Of a stretch of DNA of 64,000 nucleotides, positions 1 to 10,905 are shown one piece after another (positions within the stretch are counted from its first letter, which is position 1; every line of letters begins with the position of its first letter). Below the pieces are notes generated by a model. The model had not been told where the DNA came from. It searched no databases and saw nothing but the letters and a program-made list of their open reading frames with translations. The position numbers and the translations under genes were made by a program. Origin of the DNA: Octopus sinensis (taxonomy: Eukaryota); NCBI RefSeq assembly GCF_006345805.1, contig NC_043006.1:23126001-23190000 (forward strand), given 5' to 3'.

Positions 1-120
1 TATATTATATATATATTATATATAATATATATATTATATATTATATATATTATTATATATATTATATACACACACATATATAGTATATACATATATATAT
101 ATACAAACATATATATACAT
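1..120. repeat. (TA)n/(CA)n microsatellite
   Basis: Direct reading of the sequence. Confidence 0.95.
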
Positions 121-659
121 AATGGCGCTGAACTACAACAAGTGTGTTAACGTGTCTCTCCTAAATATTAAAGAAGTCCTTCCAGAGATCGATGTTATCA
201 GAAGCGAAATTGTCTGCAAAGCGAATATAAGTGATAGTACAACAAGTCACTGTATTTGAGAAGAATATTTTCGCTTTTGATATAGTATTTCAACTAGAAC
301 ATACTCGCGAATACACGTGTTAAAACGCACGTGTGTTACTTCCCGAAATCGAAGTGAATTTATTCTTCGTCTGTGAATCAACAAGACACAGTATTTTTGA
401 GATGGATATTTTCGTTTTTGATGTATATCTGCGTGTCCTGAAAAAAGCCTCTGAAAAATTTGCTGCTTAATACCAAATCGCTTAGGAAAATACAGAAAGT
501 ATCGTCAAACTGTTGCATGTGCTAAATCGAAACTCAAATCCCTTTTGTTTACAAAGTGCGCTTGGGGAATATAAAAGGTCTGTCTTGTCTATCTATCTTC
601 CTTTCTTATAAAAAGGAATCACGTAAGTACTCTCTCAGCCGGTAAGGTAAGGAAGATAT

Positions 660-977
660 TATTTATTTTGTTATCATTAGTGTTCTTTCAAACAGAAATA
701 ATTTAAAAAAAAAAAAAAAAAAGATATAAAAATAAAAAATACGCGTATTCTATCTTTATAATCTTTATAATTTCGTCCTCCGTGCCTGCCACGCACTCTC
801 TCTTTCTCTTCTTACATTATTTCTATTTCTATCTCTCTCATACATTTTTATTATTGTTATCATTAGTGTTCTTTCAAACAGAAAATAATAATTAAAAAGA
901 TATAAAAATACGCGCTATTCTATCTTTATAATCTCTCCTCTCTCTTTCTTACATTTCTATTTCTATCTCTCTCATAC
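660..977. repeat. Imperfect tandem duplication (~185 bp unit, second copy internally deleted)
   Basis: ttgttatcattagtgttctttcaaacagaaa...tacgcg(c)tattctatctttataatct...ttctatttctatctctctcataca occurs at ~667-843 and ~855-977. Confidence 0.85.
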
Positions 978-979
978 AG

Positions 980-1775
980 TTTATACCTTATCTGTCTCCC
1001 CATCCACCAGACCTCTATTTCCGCTCTCACTCTCCCTCCTCCCTCTCTCTCCCTCTGCAATCGTTTCTCTTTCTGCATCTCTCTCAGATCAACTTTCTCT
1101 CACCTCACCCCCTCTCTCAGTTCCTCAACTTCACTCATTCTCTCTCTCTGTTACTCCCCCTCCCTCTCTCTGCCTCTTTCCTCTCCGCTCCTTCACAGGT
1201 CAAACCCCTTTTCCTCTTCCCCTTCTGTCCCCTTATTTCTTTCTCTACACACCACCCTCCCTGTCCCTTTACTACACTCTGTTGCGCCCCCTCTCTTCCT
1301 CTTCCCCTTTTTTCTTCCTACCTTTCCTCTCCCTGTTCCCTCTAAGGCTCACCACCCCCTGTCTCTTTTTTCCTCTCTCTGTCTCCTTCCTCCACACCAC
1401 CCTCTCTGTCCCTTTACTTCACTCCCTGGTACCTCTATCCTGCCCTCTCTCTCTCTCCCTCTCCATTTTCTCTCTCCTTCCTCTCCATTTTATCTCTCCG
1501 CCTTTCTTCTCCCTGCTCCCCCTAGGGCCCACCCTCTTGTCTCTCTTTTCCACCCTGTCCCTTTCTACTACAACCTACACCTCTATCCCGCTCACTCTCC
1601 CCCTGCTGACCTGCCATTCTTTCACCTTTCTCTTTTTTCCTCTTATTTTCTCTCTCTCTTTCTCTCTCTCTCAGGACAATCCCCTCGTCTCTCTCTATCC
1701 CCCCCTGGCTTTTCTCCTTTCTCTTCTCCCTCTCCATATCTCTCCTTCTCTATCGCTCTCTCTCTGTTCCTATAT
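980..1775. repeat. Polypyrimidine (CT-rich) low-complexity tract upstream of LINE ORF1, possibly part of its 5' UTR
   Basis: Almost pure C/T on the + strand; the overlapping ORFs are low-complexity artefacts. Confidence 0.7.
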
Positions 1776-1789
1776 TTCACTAGAAGAAA

Positions 1790-2690
1790 ATGGCAAGAAA
1801 CTGGTCTGCGAGAGTGGTGCAATTGTTCGTCCGCGCTTGGAGGATCGCTGAGGACGACTCGCCGAACGACATTATTGCTGCGGCGCTGAAAAGCAACAAT
1901 TTTTCGAGAACCACCGCCCAGATAGAGCGAAAGAAGAGAGAAGTTATCCGTTCGTATGCTCTAATCAGGCAACATGTGGACACCCTGGACATCATCCTGG
2001 GAGGTGACGGCAGCAGGGAGGGCCAAAAGGATGAGGAAAGCATCCAGAGCCAAATGGAGAAGCCTGGAACACAGGGAAACGATGACACATGTCCAGCTTC
2101 CAACACCACAACTGAAGACCAAAGAGGTGCGATGGCCGCAAGAAAGGAAAGGCACCCTGGAATTGATGGGAAGCAGGAGGTAAAGGGTGACAGAATCAAG
2201 GCTAAAGGAAGCCCTGTCCAGAGAAAGCAGAGGGACCCCAGCAAAAACTGTAAGGGCAGGGAAAGAAACACCTGCAAATTCTACCTGAGGGGGGACTGCT
2301 GGTACGGCGTTGAAGGTGCAACTGTCGCTTTGCACATCGGAGGCCCTACCAAAACCGCACGGACGCGAGACAGAGGTCCCTCCCTCAGGGAGAACAAAAA
2401 CAAAAACAAAAGTTAAAAGAAGGGAAAAAAGCGCACTGACCACTACTGAAAGACGGTATGCAGATGTGGTGCGCGGAAACCCAACAGGTGGCCAGCTTCA
2501 CCCAGATGTGAGAAGGGCGGCAGCTGAACAGCAGTCTTTTTTGTGCATGGCACAAAAAATTGTTCAGCAGCTGACCTGGCTACAAGCACAAAGCTGGAAC
2601 TACCACCACATAAGGCCACCTCCAACAGATGCAGGATGGCCACCACAGACACCAACACCAACACACACACCACAAAAATATTTCTACTGA
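1790..2690 (+). CDS. LINE ORF1 (~300 aa after correcting two -1 bp frameshifts) with a CCCH zinc finger
   Basis: Frame 2 gives CKFYLRGDCWYGVEGA. Restoring one base at ~2321 continues (N)CRFAH, i.e. C-x7-C-x8-C-x3-H. A second shift in the A-run at ~2425-2431 joins the 2310-2690 frame (RRYADVVRG...QQSFLCMAQKIVQQL). Confidence 0.7.
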
Positions 2691-5647
2691 ATGTAGGAGG
2701 GCTGCTGCGCGGAAACTGTAAAAAGAAAATTTCATTCCTGAGAGACCTTGTGACATGCAATCAAGCTATATGCATGGCACTCACAGAAACGCATCTTGAA
2801 CCCGATATAGGTGATGCAGAAATACACATGCCGCAATATGCAGTCATACGCACAGATAGAAAAGGGAGGAGCCATGGTGGAGTTGCAATGTACATCCGAG
2901 ATGACCTCACGCCCCAGGTCCTGCTGTCATATTCAAACTCAGTATGTGAAACTCAAATTGTACACATAAGACAACTGAATATCGTCATATGCACTACATA
3001 TCGCCCACCAGATGCCCCAAAACACTCAGGCATGTTTGAAGACTGCCTAACAAAAATAGGAGAAGTCCTCACCAACCTTGAACAGCACAACAGTGTATTC
3101 TTCATGGGTGACTTTAACCTCCCCAATGTGGAATGGCCTGGGGGACAGATGCTCCCAGGGATGACACACCATCAGCAGGCACAGGTGGAGTCCCTGCTCC
3201 ATCTCACAAATGCCTCTTTCATGGAGCAAATAGTTCTGCAACCAACAAGGGCAGATAATATACTGGATCTCTGCTTCACAAACAATATGGATATTATCCA
3301 TAATGTTAATGTGATGCCGACAATGATCTCGGATCACAACATAATAGAGCTGTCTATGTATGGAACAAAAGCCCCCGCAGACACACAGCCTATACGAAGC
3401 ACCCACCATCTCTCCAACTTAAACTTTCATAAAGCCAACTGGAAGTCGATTGAGAAAGAGATCCTCAAACAGGATTGGCCTGAATGTCTCTCCACACCGG
3501 ACATAAACATGAAACACAAACACTTCATGTCCATAATACAAGCCATATGTGACAAATATGTCCCAATGTGCAGGGCCAGCACACACAAGAACAAAAACAG
3601 GATCCCTAGAGAAAGGAGGATTCTTATGAGACGACGGACAAAGATTGCAAACCGCCTGAGCAAGCACACCAAAAGTGGTGAGAAGTCTCGGCTCGAAAGA
3701 ATGCTAATGGAAACTGAGAAAAGTCTACATCAGTCCCATGAAAAGGAGAGAGCAGATAAAGAAGCTTGGGTAATAGAAAATATAAAATCAAACCCTAAAG
3801 CTTTCTTTAAGTTTGCCAAAGAGACAGCCACAGTGCACCAGAGAATAGGACCTCTCTTCCAAAAAGATGGCTCTCTCACAGGAAATCCCACGAGGATAAG
3901 TGAAATACTGAACGAACAGTTCCAAAGTGTGTTCACTACACCTCTAGGACACAGGCAAGTAAACAACCCAGAAGAATTCTTTGCCACTTTACCAGCGGCC
4001 AAAGAGACAAAAATTGAGTACATCAACATCGAAGAAGATGATATCACACTAGCCATTGATGAGATTGACACAAACTCAGCTGCTGGACCTGATGGATTCC
4101 CAGCGATCCTTCTCAAATCGTGCAAACGAGCCCTTGCAAAACCGCTACAGCTTCTTTTTCAGAGCTTTCTTGCAAGTGGTAAGCTCCCAGTCAAACTGAA
4201 AGAGGGGGTAATATGCCCTATCCATAAGGGAGGTAGCAGAGCAGATGCTAAAAATTATAGGCCTATCTCTCTGACCTCACACATCAGCAAAGTCATGGAA
4301 CGAATAGTCCGTAAGAAACTAATCATGTTCCTTGAAGAAAATGACTTACTGTCTGACACCCAGCATGGATTTCGACCAGGTAGAGGCTGCCTAACACAGC
4401 TCCTGCAACACTATGACTGGGTGTTGAAACAGCTACTAAATGGCTCAAATGTGGATGTAATATATCTTGACTTTGCAAAAGCCTTTGATAAAGTCGACCA
4501 TGGTATGATCTGTCACAAACTGCGTGGTCTCGGCATAGGCGGGAAACTTGGAGAGTGGCTGCACAACTTCCTAAAAGACAGAAAACAGGCAGTTGTGAGC
4601 AATGGAGCCACCTCCAGGGAAACGCAAATAACAAGCGGTGTCCCACAGGGCACTGTCTTGGGGCCACTGATGTTCATAGTGGCCCTTTCAGACATGCCTT
4701 CAGTTGCTACGATGACCACCCTTGCTAGCTATGCAGATGACACAAAAGTCTCCCACGCAATACAAAACCCTGAAAATATTGCGCATCTGCAACATGAGCT
4801 GGACACAATATACAGGTGGGCTGAGGACAACAACATGCAGTTTAATGCAGGTAAGTTCCAGGCCCTGCGCTACTGGCACACAAAGGTAAATGACGTGAAG
4901 ACTGGATACACTGGCCCAGGAAGAATTGCAATCCCTGAGTCAAAATCAGTGCGTGACCTGGGCATTGACATGAGCAATGATGCATCTTTCCAAATGCATA
5001 TTGCTAATCTGGTGATAAAATGCAGACGGCTAGCTGGATGGATTCTCCGAACTTTCAGAACAAGAGAGAAGGAGACACTGATGGTCCTATGGAAAACATT
5101 TGTCCTCAGCCGCTTGGACTACTGCTCCCAACTTTGGTCACCACACAATATAAAACAAACAGCAGAACTCGAAGCAACTCAGAGAAGCTACACAAAGAAA
5201 ATCGTCTCAATGCAAAATGTCAGCTACTGGGAAAGACTGAAGGTATTAAACCTCTTCTCCCTGGAGCGGAGGCAGGAGAGATATGCAGTGATATACATCT
5301 GGAAAATCCTGGAGGGTCTTGTCCCAAACTTTGGCATTCAAAGTTACTCCAACCGCAGAACGGGGCGCCGCTGCGTGGTGCCAAGGATTCCAACATCACC
5401 ATCAAAATACAGGTCCAGATACTGCAACAGCTTGGGTTTCAGAGGACCACAGCTCTTTAACATCCTCCCTAAATGCCTGAGAGACTTACATGGTGTGGAT
5501 GTGGGTTTCTTTAAAACTAAACTGGATCTCTTCTTGTTGGGAGTCCCAGATGAACCTACCTCACGACAGGAGACACGGATGCGGGCAGCAGCATCGAACT
5601 CCCTTGTTGATCAAGTGCCACGTATCAGAGGTGGATTCACAAACTAG
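2636..5647 (+). CDS. LINE ORF2: AP endonuclease + reverse transcriptase, uninterrupted (~1003 aa from ATG 2636; open frame from 2543)
   Basis: APE motifs LNVGGL, LTETHL, YRPP, MGDFNLP, TRADNILDL, SDHNII. RT motifs GPDG, YRPISLTS, QHGFRPGR, LDFAKAFDKVDH, GVPQGTVLGP, YADD. CR1-like C-terminus LFSLERRQER...WKIL. Confidence 0.97.
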   Translation: MATTDTNTNTHTTKIFLLNVGGLLRGNCKKKISFLRDLVTCNQAICMALTETHLEPDIGDAEIHMPQYAVIRTDRKGRSHGGVAMYIRDDLTPQVLLSYSNSVCETQIVHIRQLNIVICTTYRPPDAPKHSGMFEDCLTKIGEVLTNLEQHNSVFFMGDFNLPNVEWPGGQMLPGMTHHQQAQVESLLHLTNASFMEQIVLQPTRADNILDLCFTNNMDIIHNVNVMPTMISDHNIIELSMYGTKAPADTQPIRSTHHLSNLNFHKANWKSIEKEILKQDWPECLSTPDINMKHKHFMSIIQAICDKYVPMCRASTHKNKNRIPRERRILMRRRTKIANRLSKHTKSGEKSRLERMLMETEKSLHQSHEKERADKEAWVIENIKSNPKAFFKFAKETATVHQRIGPLFQKDGSLTGNPTRISEILNEQFQSVFTTPLGHRQVNNPEEFFATLPAAKETKIEYINIEEDDITLAIDEIDTNSAAGPDGFPAILLKSCKRALAKPLQLLFQSFLASGKLPVKLKEGVICPIHKGGSRADAKNYRPISLTSHISKVMERIVRKKLIMFLEENDLLSDTQHGFRPGRGCLTQLLQHYDWVLKQLLNGSNVDVIYLDFAKAFDKVDHGMICHKLRGLGIGGKLGEWLHNFLKDRKQAVVSNGATSRETQITSGVPQGTVLGPLMFIVALSDMPSVATMTTLASYADDTKVSHAIQNPENIAHLQHELDTIYRWAEDNNMQFNAGKFQALRYWHTKVNDVKTGYTGPGRIAIPESKSVRDLGIDMSNDASFQMHIANLVIKCRRLAGWILRTFRTREKETLMVLWKTFVLSRLDYCSQLWSPHNIKQTAELEATQRSYTKKIVSMQNVSYWERLKVLNLFSLERRQERYAVIYIWKILEGLVPNFGIQSYSNRRTGRRCVVPRIPTSPSKYRSRYCNSLGFRGPQLFNILPKCLRDLHGVDVGFFKTKLDLFLLGVPDEPTSRQETRMRAAASNSLVDQVPRIRGGFTN

Positions 5648-5717
5648 TGTAGCTCATTCAGCGGTGGTGCCCCAGCATGGCCGCGGCCTTCGGGCTAAAA
5701 TATTTTTAAGGATTTAA

Positions 5718-5720
<3 letters not shown>

Positions 5721-5808
<88 letters not shown>
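5721..5808. repeat. (TA)n microsatellite between the LINE tail and the foldback element
   Basis: Direct reading. Confidence 0.95.
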
Positions 5809-5809
<1 letters not shown>

Positions 5810-5813
<4 letters not shown>

Positions 5814-6284
5814 GAAATATTGCATTTCTAAATCTCTCAGAGAGACTTATACTGTAGCAGCATGATAAAGTGATGGTTTGTTGCCAACTTCTTGTGGCAA
5901 ACCCAGCAAAGGGAAGAATGCTACTGCTATTTAGCCCCAGGAAACATCGTTTCCAGTTGGCTATGTGACACAAGCGTTCTGTGTCCTTAAGTTTTCAAAC
6001 AGGGGAGATAAGCACCTCCACCCAGCAATGCTAGTATTCAAAGACAAGTTTCAGAGTCATTGCTCTTCTTCAATCTGGAGTAGCTTTACAGCTTGCAAGC
6101 CAAGCTACTCCAGACTGATGAAGAGCAATGACTCTGAAACTAGTCTCTGAATGCTAGCTTTGCTGAGTGGAGGTGCTTATCTCCCCTGTTTGAAAACTTA
6201 AGGACACAACGCTTGTGTCACATAGCCAACTGGAAACGATGTTTCCTGGGGCTAAATAGCTGTAACATTCTTCCCTTTCCTGGG
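5810..6284. mobile_element. Penelope-like terminal-repeat element with ~185-bp inverted arms (5902-6086 / 6102-6284)
   Basis: The arms are reverse complements at roughly 90% identity with a 15-nt spacer. The same family occurs at 46287-46783. Contains hammerhead motifs. Confidence 0.8.
6111..6149 (+). ncRNA. Minimal type-I hammerhead ribozyme motif
   Basis: CAGA-CUGAUGA-AGAG caauga CUCU-GAAA-C ua G-UC-UCUG: canonical core, 4-bp stem II, palindromic ACUAGU stem III, GUC site at 6143-6145, 4-bp stem I. Confidence 0.8.
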
Positions 6285-6970
6285 ATTGTATGTTTGTGAG
6301 TGTATACATACACAAACACACACACACGCACGTGCGCGCATACGCACATACAGACACTCACACACATCCAATGTCTGCTAGCGTTATAAGTATGAACACT
6401 TATGCTTACAAGCGTGCAAATATGTGTAGAAAAATACACAACTTTCTACAAATATCTTTATATATATTCATGACAGTTTGCATAATGTATTTTTTCTTTT
6501 GCGTTTCAAAGTGGTGGGCATAGGGGAAAGAAAGAAACAAAGAGAAAAAAACCGAAAGAAAGAAGACAAAGAAAATATAGACAGTAAGAAGCAAATGGGC
6601 CGTTGTGAAATCACATGACAGATACAATTTTCATCGTTGCAAGAGTCAGCCACATCTTTGCAATAAATTGTAATTTTCAGGAACGTTGAGTTGCAAAGTG
6701 AACGCCCTTCTGATGATGGTTTCATTGAGAAAAATTACCAGGAAAATAGTACTGGTTATACCACTGGGTGACTTACTACTGAGAGTTCACAGTTTCCATT
6801 CATGCATACAAATAAACAGACATACACATACACACACCCACGCACGCAAACACATATTTATATACAAGTGTGTGTGTGAGTGTCTATATATATATATATT
6901 ATATATATATATATATATACATACATATATATACATATATACATACATATACACACACACGCACACACAT

Positions 6971-7050
<80 letters not shown>

Positions 7051-7072
7051 CACACACATATATATATATATA

Positions 7073-7128
<56 letters not shown>

Positions 7129-7129
7129 T

Positions 7130-8055
7130 ATATCAAAACGTTCAGTAATCTTTCGGCTACAAAATAAAGTATGTTTCTTACACAACGACTCTTTTTTACT
7201 ACAAGTATAACTTCGAAAACGAGGTCGGTCACACAATTTTGAGGTCTTTAGCTATTGGAGACAACACTGTCTGAACAATTGTTATGTCTTACATAGAGCA
7301 AAATGAGAAAATGTTTGAAATACATGGAGTTTTATCAGGGAGTGACACTTCGAAGATATACCGTCAACTTTATTAGTATTATTTAGAAGATAATATTTTA
7401 ATGTGAAGTATGTATGTCTGTGTTCTGTTTAGCCCGGAGTTACCTCTGATGTAGCAGACCCATCGCACACTTTTTTTTTCTGAAATACTGTAAATCTGTG
7501 TCTTTCTTCTGATGAAAGGGTGTGTTTTAAGAGAGATTTAGCTGTTTGTAGTAGCCCTAGTTACCCCAGAGAAACCTGTTTCTCTGTGTGTGTGTGTGTG
7601 ATTTGTTGTGATGAAAAAATACTTTTTTTCAGAATATTTTGCACAATATTTTTTTTTAAATTCAGGACATCTTTCTTACTGTTAACCATTCAACTTGTTA
7701 ATTGTTGGAAGTCAAGTAGAGTGAGATGTACATATAGTGTTATAGTATAGAGTGGCGGTTAAATACGAAGTTTTGAACTCATGACCTTGTAATTAGTAAT
7801 CCATTACCTTAAATTTGAAGCCATTAAGTCTTTAAGCATTATTTTAATGGGTTTAGTTTTTCGACTGCCGCCATGATGGAGTATCACCTTCAAAAATTTA
7901 ATTGATCATACTGAACTCAGTACATATTTCAATCTGGCATTTATTCTATAGATCTCTGCTTGATGAACTGCTAACTTTGAGACATACTGGGACACAATAC
8001 TCGATTTAACAACAAATGTAAACACAAACGCACCACACACACACACACACATATA

Positions 8056-8104
<49 letters not shown>

Positions 8105-9037
8105 ATATATACACATATATATATCAAAACGTTCAGTAATCTTTCGGCTACAAAATAAAGTATGTTTCTTACACAACGACTCTTTTTTACTACAAGTATA
8201 ACTTCGAAAACGAGGTCGGGTCACACAATTTTGAGGTCTTTAGCTATTGGAGACAACACTGTCTGAACAATTGTTATGTCTTACATAGAGCAAAATGAGA
8301 AAATGTTTGAAATACATGGAGTTTTATCAGGAGTGACACTTCGAAGATATACCGTCAACTTTATTAGTATTATTTAGAAGATAATATTTTAATGTGAAGT
8401 ATGTATGTCTGTGTTCTGTTTAGCCCGGAGTTACCTCTGATGTAGCAGACCCATCGCACACTTTTTTTTTCTGAAATACTGTAAATCTGTGTCTTTCTTC
8501 TGATGAAAGGGTGTGTTTTAAGAGAGATTTAGCTGTTTGTAGTAGCCCTAGTTACCCCAGAGAACCTGTTTCTCTGTGTGTGTGTGTGTGATTTGTTGTG
8601 ATGAAAAAATACTTTTTTCAGAATATTTTGCACAATATTTTTTTTTAAATTCAGGACATCTTTCTTACTGTTAACCATTCAACTTGTTATTGTTGGAAGT
8701 CAAGTAGAGTGAGATGTACATATAGTGTTATAGTATAGAGTGGCGGTTAAATACGAAGTTTTGAACTCATGACCTTGTAATTAGTAATCCATTACCTTAA
8801 ATTTGAAGCCATTAAGTCTTTAAGCATTATTTTAATGGGTTTAGTTTTTCGACTGCCGCCATGATGGAGTATCACCTTCAAAAATTTAATTGATCATACT
8901 GAACTCAGTACATATTTCAATCTGGCATTTATTCTATAGATCTCTGCTTGATGAACTGCTAACTTTGAGACATACTGGGACACAATACTCGATTTAACAA
9001 CAAATGTAAACACAAACGCACGCACACACACACACAA
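7130..9037. repeat. Near-identical ~920-bp tandem duplication (7130-8050 / 8118-9037)
   Basis: Both copies start tatcaaaacgttcagtaatctttcggctac and end aacacaaacgcac. Differences are mostly 1-bp homopolymer indels. Confidence 0.92.
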
Positions 9038-9039
9038 AT

Positions 9040-9245
9040 TAGGTGTAAGAATGACTGTGTGGTTGAGAAGTTTGCTTCCAAACCACATGGTTCCACGTTC
9101 AGTCCCTCCGCATGGCACCTTGGGTAAGTGTTTTCAACTGTAGACTTAGGCCAACCACAGACATTGTATATGTGTATGCCTGTGTACGTGTAACTTAGCA
9201 GCTCGGCAAAGGAGACCAATAGAATAAGGTACCAGGTTTAAAAAT
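9040..9245 (+). mobile_element. SINE family B (CORE-like), partial
   Basis: tRNA-like head tgtgtggttgagaag...ggttccacgttcagtccc and CORE-like ggcaccttgggtaagtgt. Confidence 0.75.
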
Positions 9246-9296
9246 CATTTTGCCCGGCGTGCAAAATTCTGTCAGCTCGCTGCTTTAATAATAATA

Positions 9297-9347
<51 letters not shown>

Positions 9348-9606
9348 GAATTGAAAATAAACGTAAATATACATAAAATACCATTTTATGATAAAATATG
9401 CCTTCAATACATCATGACTTAAGTTCTTGCCATATGACCAAAACATTTGCTTTTATAAATAAAAGAGCTTGTACAGGAATGGGAAAAGGAGAGGCTCTAA
9501 GAAGGGGCAGTTGTTGTTGTTTTTGTTGTTGCTGTTGTTCATGCTTTATCTTGTAGTTAGCAATCTAATGTTAATTCATTTCACCTTCAAGCACATATAT
9601 CATGCA

Positions 9607-9653
<47 letters not shown>

Positions 9654-9937
9654 TTATGTATAAATATTTGTGTGTGTATGTATATAAATATATTTCTGTG
9701 TGTGTGTGCGTGTGCATATATATATACAACAAAATTCTCTATCGCGGCTTAAGAGACTATGTCTTTTGACGATTATCCGTTAAAGATCTCTCTTGCCTAT
9801 AAATTTCTGCCTTCTCGCGTCATCCATAGGCAGTCAGACCCCACCTCCCTACAACTCCTGCTTATCGCTTCCTCTCTATCACCTCCCTTTTCTTTTCCTT
9901 CCTCTCTATCTCTCCCTCCCTTTCTCTCTCTCTCTCT

Positions 9938-9986
<49 letters not shown>

Positions 9987-10289
9987 CACGCACATAAGTA
10001 TACTATATGCGTAGTGCTTACATGTTGTGTATATATATTCTCTATTGTCATATGCGTTATATTTAAATTAACTGGAGCAACATTGGAAGAAGATAAAGAA
10101 AAAAAAAGGAATCCCAACACGTCATTTTTTCTCGCCCCTCCTTAATTCTTCTGTCCTTCTGCCTCTGCCTCTCTCTCTCTCTTCTCTTCCCACGTGACCG
10201 GCGTTCGGCCAAGCCTGATCTTTCTTTCTTGGTCTCGCCGTTGTCCGTGCAACATCGATATTCCTCCCTGTGCCTGTGAAATCTTGTAT

Positions 10290-10623
10290 TCCTGACGTAA
10301 GGCTTCGTTTCCACACAAGTCAGCTAAATTTCATTCGTCTTTACTAGAAAGACACCTGTTGTTATGTCCTATTATTATTTTTATTATATTTGTGTAACAT
10401 TGTCCGATTTCTTTCGTCCTTGTTTTTGTATACATTCGCTGGTTTCTTCCAAGGAATCTAATGCTCCTAGCTTAGATTTTCCTTGGGGCTAGCCAGATTG
10501 GAGCAATCTCGAGTATAATCAGCCGAAATTGCGAAGATAATCTGGTACTCGACTGAGGAAGAAAACTTCGAATGATCCGTCCTTAGATTCTTTGTATCGT
10601 CTATCTGGATGTTTTGTTGTTCC

Positions 10624-10625
<2 letters not shown>
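10290..10625 (+). mobile_element. Penelope-like terminal-repeat fragment, homologous to 17071-17602
   Basis: Shares tacattcgct...tctaatgc...agcttaga...ccagat...ctggtact(c/t)gactga(g/t)gaa with the 17.4-17.6 kb segment and ends at (TA)n. The PLE assignment is inference. Confidence 0.55.
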
Positions 10626-10663
<38 letters not shown>

Positions 10664-10818
10664 TAGAAAAAAACCACCTTTTATCAATTCAAAATGAATA
10701 ATTAAATTACACCATCTAGAAAATTACATATAATAGAAAAGTTAAAATTAAAATAACAGTTAAAAAGTAAAGATTAAGTAAATTACAAGAATAATGTAAT
10801 GTATAAAATAGGTAGAAA

Positions 10819-10905
10819 AACGACACGTGTTTCGCTGCTATATTTAAGAAATGATTATAGTAGTAGAGAAATCATTTGCATATAAATATAGTCGCTCATC
10901 AGGTT
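10819..10905 (-). ncRNA. Type-I hammerhead ribozyme motif with long stem II
   Basis: Minus strand: AAC-CUGAUGA-GC[GA]CUAUAUUUA[UAUGC]AAAUGAUU-loop-AAUCAUUU[CU]UAAAUAUAG[CA]GC-GAAA-CACGUG-UC-GUU, with palindromic ACACGUGU stem III. Confidence 0.8.

Larger units (their letters stand above)
1790..5720 (+). mobile_element. Near full-length non-LTR retrotransposon, CR1 group (CR1/L2/Crack-type)
   Basis: ORF1 plus an intact APE-RT ORF2, a short 3' UTR with a cUUCGg hairpin and a TTAAGGA repeat tail ending at 5720, followed by (TA)n. The 5' boundary and TSD were not identified. Confidence 0.93.

Noticed and set aside
1282-1851. 189-aa Leu/Ser/Pro-rich ORF
   Set aside because: Artefact of the CT-rich tract.
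3047-5460. Several antisense or alternate-frame ORFs inside LINE ORF2
   Set aside because: Shadows of ORF2 with no recognisable motifs.
7506-7540. CUGAUGA in the duplicated unit (also ~8497, 6710, 29808, 33459, 35379)
   Set aside because: No correctly placed stem II plus GAAA.
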